From: Blastocystis sp. Blastoise
Taxonomy: Eukaryota; Protista; Bigyra: Opalinata
Assembly: GCA_039096225.1 (NCBI GenBank)
Contig: JBBPEB010000027.1
Coordinates: 186,001 to 250,000 of the forward strand
Length of the DNA stretch: 64,000 nucleotides
Reading direction: 5' to 3'
The notes under the pieces are model-generated. The model was given only the letters and a program-made list of their open reading frames with translations, was not told where the DNA came from and searched no databases. Position numbers and translations under genes: made by a program. Of the stretch, positions 63,855-64,000 are shown piece by piece. Each line of letters starts with the position of its first letter. Within the stretch, counting starts at the first letter, position 1.

Positions 63855-64000
63855 ATGGATTTTCAACATAGAGTAGGTGGTAAGACTGGAAGTGGACCAA
63901 TTTCCTCGGCTCAACTTCAACTTGATCGTCGTGAACGTTTGATGAGACTTGCTATGGAAACTTCAGATGTATCCAAAAATCCTTATTTATTAAAAAATCA
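63855..64000 (+). CDS. SF3A2: Splicing factor 3A subunit 2 (SAP62/Prp11), runs off the window
   Basis: MDFQHRVGGKTGSG...DRRERLMRLAMET...NPYLLKN. Confidence 0.93.
   Translation, partial: MDFQHRVGGKTGSGPISSAQLQLDRRERLMRLAMETSDVSKNPYLLKN

Overview
This is eukaryotic nuclear DNA, very AT-rich (roughly 20% GC by eye) and gene-dense, with well over 100 small spliceosomal introns. Most ORF-track entries are exon fragments or microsatellite artefacts. The gene set and some 32-38 nt introns suggest a protist, possibly a low-GC Blastocystis-like stramenopile; this is inference only. Hand-splicing gives about 21 protein genes and one tRNA-Trp(CCA): a SWIM-UBL-Ulp1 gene (possibly Mutator-derived), a broken CSE1 fragment, a CDPK7-like kinase, a divergent CDK, an ARM protein resembling HSF2BP, RPAC2, VPS25, WDR91, MYBBP1A/Pol5, mitochondrial S16, LAMTOR3, eRF3, TFIIH p62, ECD, RPL3, FKBP, IWR1-ankyrin, a triple-UBL protein, an F-box/TM protein, UNC-93-like, a hypothetical protein and the start of SF3A2. 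Three patterns span the window. (1) A GC-rich degenerate 12-bp palindrome (TTCCCGCGGGAA / TAACCGCGGTTA family, core CRYG) occurs about 30 times, in exons in all three frames and in promoters, against the codon bias. (2) Introns are bracketed by, or made entirely of, self-complementary (TA)n, e.g. G(TA)18G with no branch consensus or pyrimidine tract. (3) Several junctions in conserved genes, including RPL3, keep frame only with non-canonical GT-AA or AT-AG-like ends; a terminal G-to-A change would explain all of them. Assembly error near microsatellites cannot be excluded for (3).
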